64,000 bases of DNA from the NCBI GenBank assembly GCA_040218735.1, contig JAVJQW010000057.1, positions 128,001-192,000 on the forward strand, given 5' to 3'. This document shows positions 48,095 through 57,433 of the stretch, piece after piece. Source of the DNA: Deltaproteobacteria bacterium. Lineage in GTDB: Bacteria; Myxococcota; Kuafuiibacteriia; Kuafuiibacteriales; Kuafuiibacteriaceae. Under the pieces are notes generated by a model that saw only the letters and a program-made list of their open reading frames with translations, ran no database searches and was not told the origin of the DNA. Position numbers and translations under genes: made by a program. Position 1 is the stretch's first letter. Each line of letters opens with the position of its first letter.

Positions 48095-49306
48095 ATGTTC
48101 GGCCCGCTGGCGTTGTCCCTGCTCGTCGCGCAAACCGCGACCACCACGATCACCTCCAGCACCGCGACGGTCGCCGCCGCACCGCGCCGCGCGCCGCCGG
48201 TGCACATCGAGCTGCCCGCGACCGGGCCGGCGATCGAGCTGATCATCTTCTCGGCGGGCCCCGAGCTGTACTCGTTCTGGGGGCACGCGGCGATCCGGGT
48301 GATCGAGCCGTCGGGCCTCGACGTCGTCTACAACTTCGGGAGCGTCGACTTCTCGGGGAACTTCCTGCTGCGGTTGCTCCGCGGGGAGGTCGAGGCGTTC
48401 GTCAGCGTGACGCCGACGCGCCGTACGCTCGAGGCGTACCGGCGCGAGGACCGATCGATCGTGCGCCGCCGCCTGGCGCTCGACGCCAAGGCTCGGCGGG
48501 AGTTGGCGGAGCGTCTGCGCGCGTACGTCGACGAAAGCGGCGGCAAGTACCGCTACCACCACTTCGTCGACAACTGCTCGACGCGGGTCGCGCTGGAGAT
48601 CGACCGGGCGTTCGACGGCGCCCTGTCTCAGGCCGTCGCGAAGGTCGAGGACCAGACCTACCGCGAGCGTGCGCTCGCGATGGTCCGGCCGAGCACCGTC
48701 CTCTACGTGTTCCTCGACATCGTCATGACGTCGGTCATCGACCGGCCGATCGACCGCTGGGAGGCGTCGTTCCTCCCCCACGTCCTCGCGACGGCGGTGG
48801 ACGAGGCGAAGGTCGACGGGCGCCCGGTCGTGGAGGAGAAGGTCCTGTTCCACAAGGGCGGCGTCGGGAACACGGAGGCCCCCTGGCCGTGGATCAAGAT
48901 CTACCTGTTGTTCGTGCTCCCGCTGGCGGCCCTCACGTACTGGCGGCCGCGCCCGGGCGCGATCGTCGCGGGGTTGGTGTTCGGGCTCCTCGGCGTCGCG
49001 ATCATGATGCTGTGGTTCCTGACGACCTACGACTTCGTGAAGAGCAACGTGAACCTCGCGCTGTTCCCGCCGACCCACCTCGCGCTCTTCTTCGCCGCGC
49101 TGAAGGCGGATCGCTTCCGACGACACGGCCGCACGGTGCGCCTCTATGTATGGGCGCACTTGCTGGTGGTCATCGCGCTCGCCGTGGTCGACGCCGCCGG
49201 GCTCTTGTCCCAGGCGATCGGCCCCGCGCTCGGGATGGCGCTCCCGATCTCTGCGGTCCTCGCGGTGGAGGTCCGGCGGATGGGCGGGGATTCCGCCCGG
49301 CGTTGA
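48095..49306 (+). CDS. DUF4105 / Lnb-like membrane protein
   Basis: ELYSFWGHAAIRV, VYNFG, YRYHHFVDNCSTR; signal peptide and about five C-terminal TMs. Confidence 0.85.
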   Translation: MFGPLALSLLVAQTATTTITSSTATVAAAPRRAPPVHIELPATGPAIELIIFSAGPELYSFWGHAAIRVIEPSGLDVVYNFGSVDFSGNFLLRLLRGEVEAFVSVTPTRRTLEAYRREDRSIVRRRLALDAKARRELAERLRAYVDESGGKYRYHHFVDNCSTRVALEIDRAFDGALSQAVAKVEDQTYRERALAMVRPSTVLYVFLDIVMTSVIDRPIDRWEASFLPHVLATAVDEAKVDGRPVVEEKVLFHKGGVGNTEAPWPWIKIYLLFVLPLAALTYWRPRPGAIVAGLVFGLLGVAIMMLWFLTTYDFVKSNVNLALFPPTHLALFFAALKADRFRRHGRTVRLYVWAHLLVVIALAVVDAAGLLSQAIGPALGMALPISAVLAVEVRRMGGDSARR

Positions 49307-49374
49307 CCGGTGGGCTACGAGGCCGCAAGCCCCGTCCTGGCCTACCTGAGCGCGAGATCGTACGCTTCCGGCCG

Positions 49375-52300
49375 GTGACGGCTCGACTCCTGCTCGTGGC
49401 GTGGGCCCTCGCGGCCGGTGGGTGTGTGTCCGCAGGCGCCCGTGCCTACTCCGCGGGCCAGGCCGCCCAGCGCGCGGGGGACCTCGACGCGGCGTTCGAC
49501 CACTACGCCGAGGCCCACCGCTCGGACCCCTCCGATCCGAGCTACCGCAGCGCCTTCGAGTCGACGCAAGCATCGCTCTTGGCGCAGCTCACCGCCCGCG
49601 GCGAGGCCCGCGAGCAGGCCGAGGAGTGGACCCTCGCCGCGACCGAGTGGCGGCGCGCCGCCGAGGTCGCGCCCGACGTGAGCAGCTACGCCGTGCGGCG
49701 GGACCTGTCGGCGCTCAAAGCGGAGGACCCGGGCCCCTACGACTGGTTCGTCGGCGTGAAGAAGGTCGCCGACGCAAACCCCGACGACACGATCGCGTCG
49801 CGCTCCCTCGCCCGCGCCAAGACCCGCGCAGTCGCTGCGCTCATGAAGACCGTCGAGGGCAAGCTGGAAGCCGGCGAGCCCGCCGCGGCGGTGGAGGCGC
49901 TCGACCGCGCGCTCGACGTCGACGAAGTGGCGGTCGATCCGCAGCTCGCAAAACGTGCACGTTCCGCGAAGGCCGAGAAGCTCGGCGACGAAGCGCTGGA
50001 GAAGGACGAGCCGTTCGTCGCGTACGAACACTTCGACCGGGCGCACGCGTACGCGCCCTCTCCCGGGCTGGAGAAGAAACGCAACCTCGCGAAGCGCAAG
50101 GCTGCGCCGATCGTGAAGAAGCTCGACCGTGCGTACGGGCTGAGCCAGCGCGGTCGGCACGCCCGGGCGCTCGTCGTGTACCGGCAGGTCGCCGAGATGA
50201 ACGGGGCACCGCCGTCCGTCGCCGAGCAGATCGCCGAGGTCGAAAAGGCGCTGATCGCCGCGGAGACGGAGAAGGCGGTGAAGCAGGCGGAGCGCGGGCG
50301 GATGTCGAGCGCTCGGCGGGCGATGCACCGGGCGATCGACGTCGCGAAGCTCGACGACGAGACGAAGACCACCGTGAAGGACGCCACGACGGACCTCACG
50401 TCGGACCGCGTCGCGGCCGGGTTGGACAAACTCGGCAAGGTGGAGCTCGTTGCGCAAGATCCCTTGCAGCTCGCGCTCGAGAAAATCGCGCACTTCGGTG
50501 TGGCGCGCGCGGTGAAGCGCGCGCAGGACATCTCGCTGAGAAACCCCGCGAAGGCGCTGGCGTTGGTCGCGGGGCTCGAGGAGTACGCGGACACGTTCCC
50601 GGAGATTCAGCAGCTCTCGCGCTCGCTGAAGGTCGACGCGTTCACCGGCACGTTGGAGGCCGCCTTCGCGGCGGCGCGGCGCGGGGACGATGCGACGGCG
50701 GCGGACACGCTGATCGGCGCGCTGCAGATGAGCGAGGCGCCGCGTTCGCTCGCGGCGCCGATCGAAGAGGCGTGCAAGCTCCTGGAGAAGGGTGACTACC
50801 TCGGCGCCGACGCCGCCTTCGATCGCGCGCTCGTCGTGGCGCCCGGATCGCGCCTCGCGACGTGGGGCATCAAGATCACCGACCACCGTCGGGACGTCGT
50901 CGCGAAGGCGGCGGTGAAGTCGATCGCGCGGGGTCGGGACGACGAGAGCTCCCTCGCGCTGCTCGAGGCGATCGCGAAGACGGAGCCCAACGACGAACAC
51001 GTGAAGGCCGGGCGCGACGCCCTCCTCGCCCGCGCCGCGCAAGAGGCGCAGCGCCAGGACGACGCGGGCTGGGCGGAGCTCGTTCGGCACGCGGCGCGCC
51101 TCACCCCCCTGTCGCCGACGGCGCGCGAAGAGCTCGAAGCGGCCCTCGCCGCGTTCACCGCCGGCGACATGAAGCAGGCGGCGGCGCGCTTCGACACGAT
51201 GAAGACGGCGGCGCCCACGGCGAAGGTCGCGAAGGTGGGCCACACCCACGCGCACCAGCGCGCCGACGAGGAGAAGAGCGCGGCGGAGCGTCGCTCGGAT
51301 CGGCTCGACGATCTGATCACGCAGAGCACGGAGGCGTCGAAGGCCGGCGACGTCCGCAAGGCGCTCCGTACGCTCAAGGCGGCGGTCGCGGTCAGCGTGA
51401 GCGCCGGGCCGTTCAAGCGCGACGTCAACGCGGGCCTCGACCTCATCACCCGCGGCGAGCCGGCGAAGGGCCTGGCGGCCGTGAAGGCGAGCGGGCTGCC
51501 CAAGAAGGATCCGCTGCACGTGCCCTCACGCGCCTACGCGATCGCGACGGCGCGGCGGCTCGTCGACCGTGCGCGTCGCGTCGCGACGAAGTCTCCCGAG
51601 CGGGCCATCGTCATCCTCAAGGCACTCGCCGCCTTCACGCAGGACGTCCCGGAGGTCACGGAGCTGGAGCGCGCCATCGAGGTCGACGCCTTCATGGCCC
51701 AGCTCGACGAAGCCGAGCGCCACGCCGCCGCAGGACGCGACGAACGCGCCGCCGCCGTGCTGACCGACGCCCTGGAGACGAGCCACGCACCGCCGAAGGT
51801 CCGGCGCACGGCGAAGCGCGGCATCGACTACCTCGCCGCGACCGAGTACCTCGCGGCCGAACGGGCCTTCGACGAAGCGCTCGCCGCCGCGCCGCAGTCG
51901 AAGCTCGCGGAGCGCGGCAAGAAGATCGCCGGAATGCGGCGCGCGATCGCGGAGCGCCGCGCGAAGGATGCGCTGGTGAAAGGCCGCGGAGATCCGGCGA
52001 AGGCCGTCGAGACCCTCGAAGCGTCGCTCGGCCTGGAGCCGGACAATGCGTTCGCGGCGGAGGGGGCCCAGGCGCTCCTCGCGCGCGCGACGACGATGGC
52101 CGACGACGCCGAAGACGAGGCGCTCGCGACCGTGCTCGGCTACGCCGCGCGGCTGATGCCGAAGGAGCGGCGCGCGTACGAGCGACTCCTCGAAGGGTTG
52201 TCGAAGCTCTCCAAACACGAACACGCCGGCGCCGAGTCCGCGTTCCGACGGGTGCGGACGATCGATCCGACGAACCCGATCGCCATGCTCGGACAGCAGG

Positions 52301-53433
52301 TCGCGAAGACGCGGTTGCTCGCGTCGTTCGAGTCGGGGCGCGTCGATGTCTCGCAGCTCGATACTGCGATGGCGGAGTCGCTCGCAGCGATGCGCAAGGA
52401 GGAGCCGGACCGCCCCGAGCCCCTCGCCGCGCTGGCCGAGCTGCTCGAGACGGCGCGGTCCAGCGCGGAGTCTGGCGACGCAAAGACGGCGGCGCGGATG
52501 CTCGGCCTCGCGATCGTCGTGGCGGGTCCGCCCCCCGCGACGAAGCGACACCTGGTGCAGGGGCAGGAGCGCCTGACGCGCAACGATCCGGTGAAGGCCG
52601 CGGCGGCCTTCGAGGCGGCCGAGGCGGACGCGCCGAACGACGAGGTGGTGAAGACGGCGATCGCGATCGCGGAGCGAGCGCGGCTGAATCGCCTGATCGA
52701 TGCGCTCGTGCGCGGCAACGACCGGCGCGCGCAGAAGGCGCTCGAGGAGCGCCTCGCGTCGAAGGCCGGCGCACGGACGAAGAAGGAGATCTTCGAGACC
52801 GCGGAGCGCGAGGCGTACGAGGGCCGTGAGGACCGCGCGGCGCGCCTGTACGACGCACTCAACGCGTTCACGGAGGACGCGGCGGTGAAGAAGGCGACGG
52901 CGGAAGGGAACCGCCTCCTCGCCAAGCGTCAGTACGACGACGCGGTGGCGGCGTACACGACCGCGCAGAAGGCGGGTGATGCGCCCGTGGCGAAGAAGGG
53001 CGAGAAGCTCGCGTTCTCGCGCCGGGTCGCGCTGATGTTCACCGAGGTCGCGAAGCTGAAGAACCTGACGGACCTCGACGCCGGCGCGAAAGCGACCCAG
53101 ACGCTGCTCGGCATCGATCCGTACGACAAGGACGGCATCGCGGCGCTCGATGCGGCGCTCGACCACGCGGCGGATCGCTGGGAGGCGAAGGACCGCGCCA
53201 CGGCGCTGCGCGCGCTCGAGGCCGCGGTGATCGCGAGCGACGCGGAGCGCGAGCTGATGCCGGGCGTGAAGGCGCTCGCCGCCAACGACGCGAAGGGGGC
53301 CGCGGAGGTGTTCGCGAAGGCCGAGCAGCTCCTGGTCCCGGCGGAGGACGAGGTCGACTCCAGCCTGAAGAAACTCCTCGGGCACCAGCGCAAAGTCGCC
53401 GCCCGCGGTAAAGCGTTTGCCACGGACGAGTGA
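49375..53433 (+). CDS. Giant TPR/solenoid lipoprotein (about 1350 aa)
   Basis: Lipobox AGGC; continuous TPR-like helices; internal duplication of about 350 aa. Confidence 0.8.
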   Translation: MTARLLLVAWALAAGGCVSAGARAYSAGQAAQRAGDLDAAFDHYAEAHRSDPSDPSYRSAFESTQASLLAQLTARGEAREQAEEWTLAATEWRRAAEVAPDVSSYAVRRDLSALKAEDPGPYDWFVGVKKVADANPDDTIASRSLARAKTRAVAALMKTVEGKLEAGEPAAAVEALDRALDVDEVAVDPQLAKRARSAKAEKLGDEALEKDEPFVAYEHFDRAHAYAPSPGLEKKRNLAKRKAAPIVKKLDRAYGLSQRGRHARALVVYRQVAEMNGAPPSVAEQIAEVEKALIAAETEKAVKQAERGRMSSARRAMHRAIDVAKLDDETKTTVKDATTDLTSDRVAAGLDKLGKVELVAQDPLQLALEKIAHFGVARAVKRAQDISLRNPAKALALVAGLEEYADTFPEIQQLSRSLKVDAFTGTLEAAFAAARRGDDATAADTLIGALQMSEAPRSLAAPIEEACKLLEKGDYLGADAAFDRALVVAPGSRLATWGIKITDHRRDVVAKAAVKSIARGRDDESSLALLEAIAKTEPNDEHVKAGRDALLARAAQEAQRQDDAGWAELVRHAARLTPLSPTAREELEAALAAFTAGDMKQAAARFDTMKTAAPTAKVAKVGHTHAHQRADEEKSAAERRSDRLDDLITQSTEASKAGDVRKALRTLKAAVAVSVSAGPFKRDVNAGLDLITRGEPAKGLAAVKASGLPKKDPLHVPSRAYAIATARRLVDRARRVATKSPERAIVILKALAAFTQDVPEVTELERAIEVDAFMAQLDEAERHAAAGRDERAAAVLTDALETSHAPPKVRRTAKRGIDYLAATEYLAAERAFDEALAAAPQSKLAERGKKIAGMRRAIAERRAKDALVKGRGDPAKAVETLEASLGLEPDNAFAAEGAQALLARATTMADDAEDEALATVLGYAARLMPKERRAYERLLEGLSKLSKHEHAGAESAFRRVRTIDPTNPIAMLGQQVAKTRLLASFESGRVDVSQLDTAMAESLAAMRKEEPDRPEPLAALAELLETARSSAESGDAKTAARMLGLAIVVAGPPPATKRHLVQGQERLTRNDPVKAAAAFEAAEADAPNDEVVKTAIAIAERARLNRLIDALVRGNDRRAQKALEERLASKAGARTKKEIFETAEREAYEGREDRAARLYDALNAFTEDAAVKKATAEGNRLLAKRQYDDAVAAYTTAQKAGDAPVAKKGEKLAFSRRVALMFTEVAKLKNLTDLDAGAKATQTLLGIDPYDKDGIAALDAALDHAADRWEAKDRATALRALEAAVIASDAERELMPGVKALAANDAKGAAEVFAKAEQLLVPAEDEVDSSLKKLLGHQRKVAARGKAFATDE

Positions 53434-56162
53434 CGCCGATGGACCAACCCCTCCCCGCCGAGCTGGGCGAGCAAATCGCCGGCTACGTCCTCGAAGACGT
53501 CATCGCCCGCGGCGGCATGGCGGCGGTGTACCTCGGTCGACATCACGTGCTGGGCCGCCCTGGCGCGATCAAGGTGCTCGAGCCGCAGCTCGCCCGAAAC
53601 CGCGAGTACGTCGAGCGGTTCATCCGCGAAGCGCGCGTCGTGAACGACGTCAGGCACCCGAACATCGTCGACATCTTCGACTTCGTGCAGCAGCAGGATC
53701 CGCCGCGGGTCGCCTGCGTCATGGAGCTGCTCGACGGCCCCACACTCGCGGAGGTGCTCGCCGAGCGCGCGCTCACGCCGGTTCAGACGCTCAACATCAT
53801 GCACCAGCTCGTCGGCGCGCTGACGAAGGTGCACTCCCGCGGCGTCATCCACCGCGACATCAAGCCGTCGAACGTCGTGGTCGTCGGCGACCTCGCGACC
53901 CCGCTCGCGGTGGTGCCGAGCGTGAAGATCCTCGACTTCGGAATCGCGAAGCACTTCGACTACGACGGCGACGCGTCGATGACCGGCCCCGGCACGGTGC
54001 TCGGGACACCGGCGTACATGGCGCCGGAACAGATCTCCGGGGACCCGATCACCCCCGCGACGGACGTCTACGGCCTCGCCGAGCTGTGGTTCGAAATGCT
54101 CACCGGCGAGCGCGCGTTCACGGGGAGCGGGCGGCAGGCGATCAAGCTCAAGATGATCGGCCAGGTCCCCGACATCGAGCTGGACGCCGATGTCCCCGGC
54201 CGCGGCCACATCGTCGACTTCCTGCGGCGCGGCCTCGACGGAGACCCGGCGCGGCGCCCTCCGCTGGAGGCGTTGGTCGACGTGCTGACGAAGATGCGGA
54301 TGGAGGTCCCGCCGCCGCCCGCCACGCCGAGTGATCCCTCCTTCGATCTCACCGAGCCGATCGGCCAAACGCCGGAGCCGGCGCTCGTGGAGCCCGTCGA
54401 ACCCACCCCCGCGGTCGTCGTCGACAAACCGGACGACGACGTCCAGCGGCTCGGCGACTACTCGCTGTTCATGACGCTCCCCGCGCGCGGGATGACGCAG
54501 TCCTATATCGCGCGCCGCGACGACGCGGTGGAGATCTGCGTGCTGCGTCGGTTGCTCCAGCAGCTCGAAGGCAACCCGACGGCCGCCGCGCGGTTCCGTC
54601 GCGAGGCGAAGATCGCGCAGTATCTGAGGCACCCGCGGATCGCCCGCGTGCTCGACGCGCGGATCATCGACGGCACGTTCTGCATCGCGAGTGAGCTGGT
54701 GCTCGGCGTCAGCCTGGAGCGCCTCCTCGAACGCCTGCGACACGGGAACCACCGGCTCCCGGTCCAGGTCTTCGCACCGATCGCCCTGCGGGTGCTCGAC
54801 GCGCTCCACTTCGCGCACGACGTCACGGACGAACACGGTCGGCCGCTCCACATCATCCACCGCGACATCACGCCGACGGCGGTGACGCTCTCGTTCACGG
54901 GCGACGTGAAGCTCTCCGAGTTCGGTGTGGCGCGCGCGTCGGTCGACGACTTTCGGACCGCGCCGGGGACGGCGGTCGGTTCGCTCGAATATATGTCGCC
55001 GGAGCAGGTACGCAGCGAGCGCCTGGACCGACGGAGCGACGTGTACTCCCTCGCGTGTGTGCTCTTCGAGTCCCTCGCCGGCCGCAAGGTGATCGAACCG
55101 GGCGGCGTGCTCGAGACGCTCCGGAGCGTCGTGACCGACTCACCGCCTCCGCTCGGCAAGCTGCGCCCGGATCTCCCGAACGCGCTCGTCACCGTCATCG
55201 AGTCGGCGCTCGCCAAGGATCCGAACCAACGTCCGGCGACCGCCGCGTTGTTCGCGGCGCAGGTGCGCGACGCGCTGGGTGCCTTCGCCGACGCTTCGGC
55301 GGACGGCGTGGGTGACTTCGTTCGACAGGTCCTCCCCGACGAAGAGCAGAACACGCTCCAGATGCTCGCGACCGTCCGCGTCGCAAGTGAACGTCAGGAG
55401 CGCGTCGCGACGCCGCTGTACAACGAGCCACCGGTCGAGCCGACGATGACGGTGCGCCAGCGGACGCTCGCGCCGGTCGAGTCCGAGCCGCACGAGCCGA
55501 GTGTCCTCACCATGCCCGGTGCGCCGGCGCCGCTGGACGCCGACCGCGCCGCGGTGCCGCTCGTCGTGACCCCGCGACGCCCGGCGAAGAAGGAGCCGCG
55601 CAACACCAAGGTGCTGGTGCTGGTCGGCGCCGCGGCGTTCGTCGTGACGCTCGTGGGGGGCGCGATGATGCTCCGTCCTGCGACGACGACGCAGACCGCG
55701 ACCGGCGAGGCGCCGAACCGGTCACCCACGGCGGCGGCGCCGGTGGTGACCGCCGCGCAGCGCGAGACGCCGGTGACGAAGGCACCACCACCGCCGCCGC
55801 CGCCCGCGCCCCCGCCGCCCCGACCGACGCGGGTCACGAAGACACGCCCCGCGCCGCCGCCGGCCAAGAAGGTCGCGCCACCTCCCCCGCCTCCGCCTCC
55901 GCCGCCGCCGCGTGCCGCGCCGTCGCGGTTCGGTCGCATCGAGCGCGCGCTCACCAAGCTCGAGGCCTCGCCCGACGACATCCCGCTGTTCGACGAGATC
56001 CACGCGATGATCGCCAAGGAAGCAGCGTCGCTCCCCGCCGCGTCTCGCGAGCGCATCCGCGTTCGACTCGACGCCGCGCAGCGCACCTACAAGCCGCGTT
56101 CGCTGCGGACCGCGCTCGACCGGCTGAAGTTGGAGCGCGCGCGCGTCAAAGCGCCGCGCTGA
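53430..56162 (+). CDS. Tandem Ser/Thr kinase plus pseudokinase, with TM and Pro-rich stalk
   Basis: Domain 1: GGMAAVY, AIK, HRDIKPSN, DFG, APE. Domain 2: HRDITPTA, SEFG, SPE. TM VLVLVGAAAFVVTLVGG. Confidence 0.92.
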   Translation: MTPMDQPLPAELGEQIAGYVLEDVIARGGMAAVYLGRHHVLGRPGAIKVLEPQLARNREYVERFIREARVVNDVRHPNIVDIFDFVQQQDPPRVACVMELLDGPTLAEVLAERALTPVQTLNIMHQLVGALTKVHSRGVIHRDIKPSNVVVVGDLATPLAVVPSVKILDFGIAKHFDYDGDASMTGPGTVLGTPAYMAPEQISGDPITPATDVYGLAELWFEMLTGERAFTGSGRQAIKLKMIGQVPDIELDADVPGRGHIVDFLRRGLDGDPARRPPLEALVDVLTKMRMEVPPPPATPSDPSFDLTEPIGQTPEPALVEPVEPTPAVVVDKPDDDVQRLGDYSLFMTLPARGMTQSYIARRDDAVEICVLRRLLQQLEGNPTAAARFRREAKIAQYLRHPRIARVLDARIIDGTFCIASELVLGVSLERLLERLRHGNHRLPVQVFAPIALRVLDALHFAHDVTDEHGRPLHIIHRDITPTAVTLSFTGDVKLSEFGVARASVDDFRTAPGTAVGSLEYMSPEQVRSERLDRRSDVYSLACVLFESLAGRKVIEPGGVLETLRSVVTDSPPPLGKLRPDLPNALVTVIESALAKDPNQRPATAALFAAQVRDALGAFADASADGVGDFVRQVLPDEEQNTLQMLATVRVASERQERVATPLYNEPPVEPTMTVRQRTLAPVESEPHEPSVLTMPGAPAPLDADRAAVPLVVTPRRPAKKEPRNTKVLVLVGAAAFVVTLVGGAMMLRPATTTQTATGEAPNRSPTAAAPVVTAAQRETPVTKAPPPPPPPAPPPPRPTRVTKTRPAPPPAKKVAPPPPPPPPPPPRAAPSRFGRIERALTKLEASPDDIPLFDEIHAMIAKEAASLPAASRERIRVRLDAAQRTYKPRSLRTALDRLKLERARVKAPR
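55785..55912 (+). repeat. Poly-proline (CCG/CCT-rich) coding tracts
   Basis: PPPPPPP and PPPPPPPPPPP runs. Confidence 0.8.
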
Positions 56163-57372
56163 CGCCGTAGCTCAACGCACCCACCACGACACCGACCACG
56201 ACCGACAGCCACGGGAGCTGGGATCCGCGATCGAACGTGAGCGCGCCGGCGGACCACGTCGCCCCGGTCGCGAACAAGCTGTAGCCGAGCGGTACGACGA
56301 GCAGGCCGCCTGGGTTGACGTCGTTGACGACGCCGTCGGCCCCGCTGTCGTAGCCGAACGTGACGAAGTCACTCCGCGAGCCGCAGTCGGGCGAGCCGGC
56401 GAAGCAGTGGCTCGTCACGTCGCCGTCCGGTCGCGTGAGGCCGTAGACGACCAACGCGGCGCCCACCGCGGCGACCGCGGCGCCGCCGTAGAGGACGGCG
56501 CCCGAGAGCACGCCGGCGTCGCTCCCGGCGCGGGCGACGAGTGTGACGTCGGCGGTGGCCGTGGAGCGGGCGGCGACCACGACCTCGTGGCTCGCGACCT
56601 CGTACCCCGCGCGCCGCAGCGTGAGCGTGCGCCGCCCCGGACGGACGCCGCGCAACGTGCCGCGCTCGGTGTCGAGCTGTCCGATCGCCCGCCCGTCGAT
56701 CTCGACGGCGACCCCGGGGACATTCGCGGTGAGCGCGATCGTCCCGTACGGCTTGAAGTGTCCGAGTCGTTCGAGCGCACCTTCGAACCGACGTTCGAAC
56801 GCGCGCGTGATGACGACTTTGGCTTCGTTCTCGTCGAGCACGAGCGCGGGACGCGACTGGGCGAGCAGTGCCTTCTCGCTGATCGCGATCTCCACCTCGT
56901 CCTCGAAGCCCGGTCGACGTTCGGCCTCGTGGTACAGGCGCAACGCGCGATCGAGATCGAGGAGGAGGACCGAGAGTCGGTCGCCGCGCTCGCCGCCCGC
57001 AACGTTGGAGATCATCAACAGCTGACGCGGCACGACGAGCCCGCGCTCCTGCAACCGTTGCTGGTACTGGTCGAAGGTGATCTTGTTCGCCGACTTCGTC
57101 TCGCGCTCGTAGTCACGGCGCGTGGTCAGCGCGACGCAGGTCAGGCTCCCCGTGCAGTCGTCGATGACCTGCTCGTCGATGGTGAGCGCGAAGTAGTCCG
57201 TGAGCTCCTTCAGGAGGCCGTCGACGATGCGGATCATCTCGGACCGGCTCGTGCGCGCCGCCTTGCCCGTCGGCGTGTTGACGACGACGGCGATCGGAAC
57301 GCGCTCCTCGGCGTTGAGCGTCGCGCCGTTCGAGGCGACGAGGGCCGTCAGGACCGGGACCAGCACCACCAC
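56146..57372 (-). CDS. PEGA-domain exported protein with C-terminal hydrophobic hairpin
   Basis: Signal peptide; CTGSLTC; PEGA (ANVPGVAVEIDG..PGRRTLTLRRAGY); C-terminal hydrophobic segments. Confidence 0.8.
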   Translation of the reverse strand: MVVLVPVLTALVASNGATLNAEERVPIAVVVNTPTGKAARTSRSEMIRIVDGLLKELTDYFALTIDEQVIDDCTGSLTCVALTTRRDYERETKSANKITFDQYQQRLQERGLVVPRQLLMISNVAGGERGDRLSVLLLDLDRALRLYHEAERRPGFEDEVEIAISEKALLAQSRPALVLDENEAKVVITRAFERRFEGALERLGHFKPYGTIALTANVPGVAVEIDGRAIGQLDTERGTLRGVRPGRRTLTLRRAGYEVASHEVVVAARSTATADVTLVARAGSDAGVLSGAVLYGGAAVAAVGAALVVYGLTRPDGDVTSHCFAGSPDCGSRSDFVTFGYDSGADGVVNDVNPGGLLVVPLGYSLFATGATWSAGALTFDRGSQLPWLSVVVGVVVGALSYGVSAAL

Positions 57373-57433
57373 GCGGGAGCCTACTCGCCTTTACTCACCC
57401 GACAAAGCGTGGCGAAAATGCGCCGCTGCGACG

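Noticed and set aside
48055-49374. Apparent N-terminal extension giving a 1792-aa ORF
   Set aside because: It is a shadow frame of the DUF4105 gene; the lipoprotein signal begins at GTG 49375
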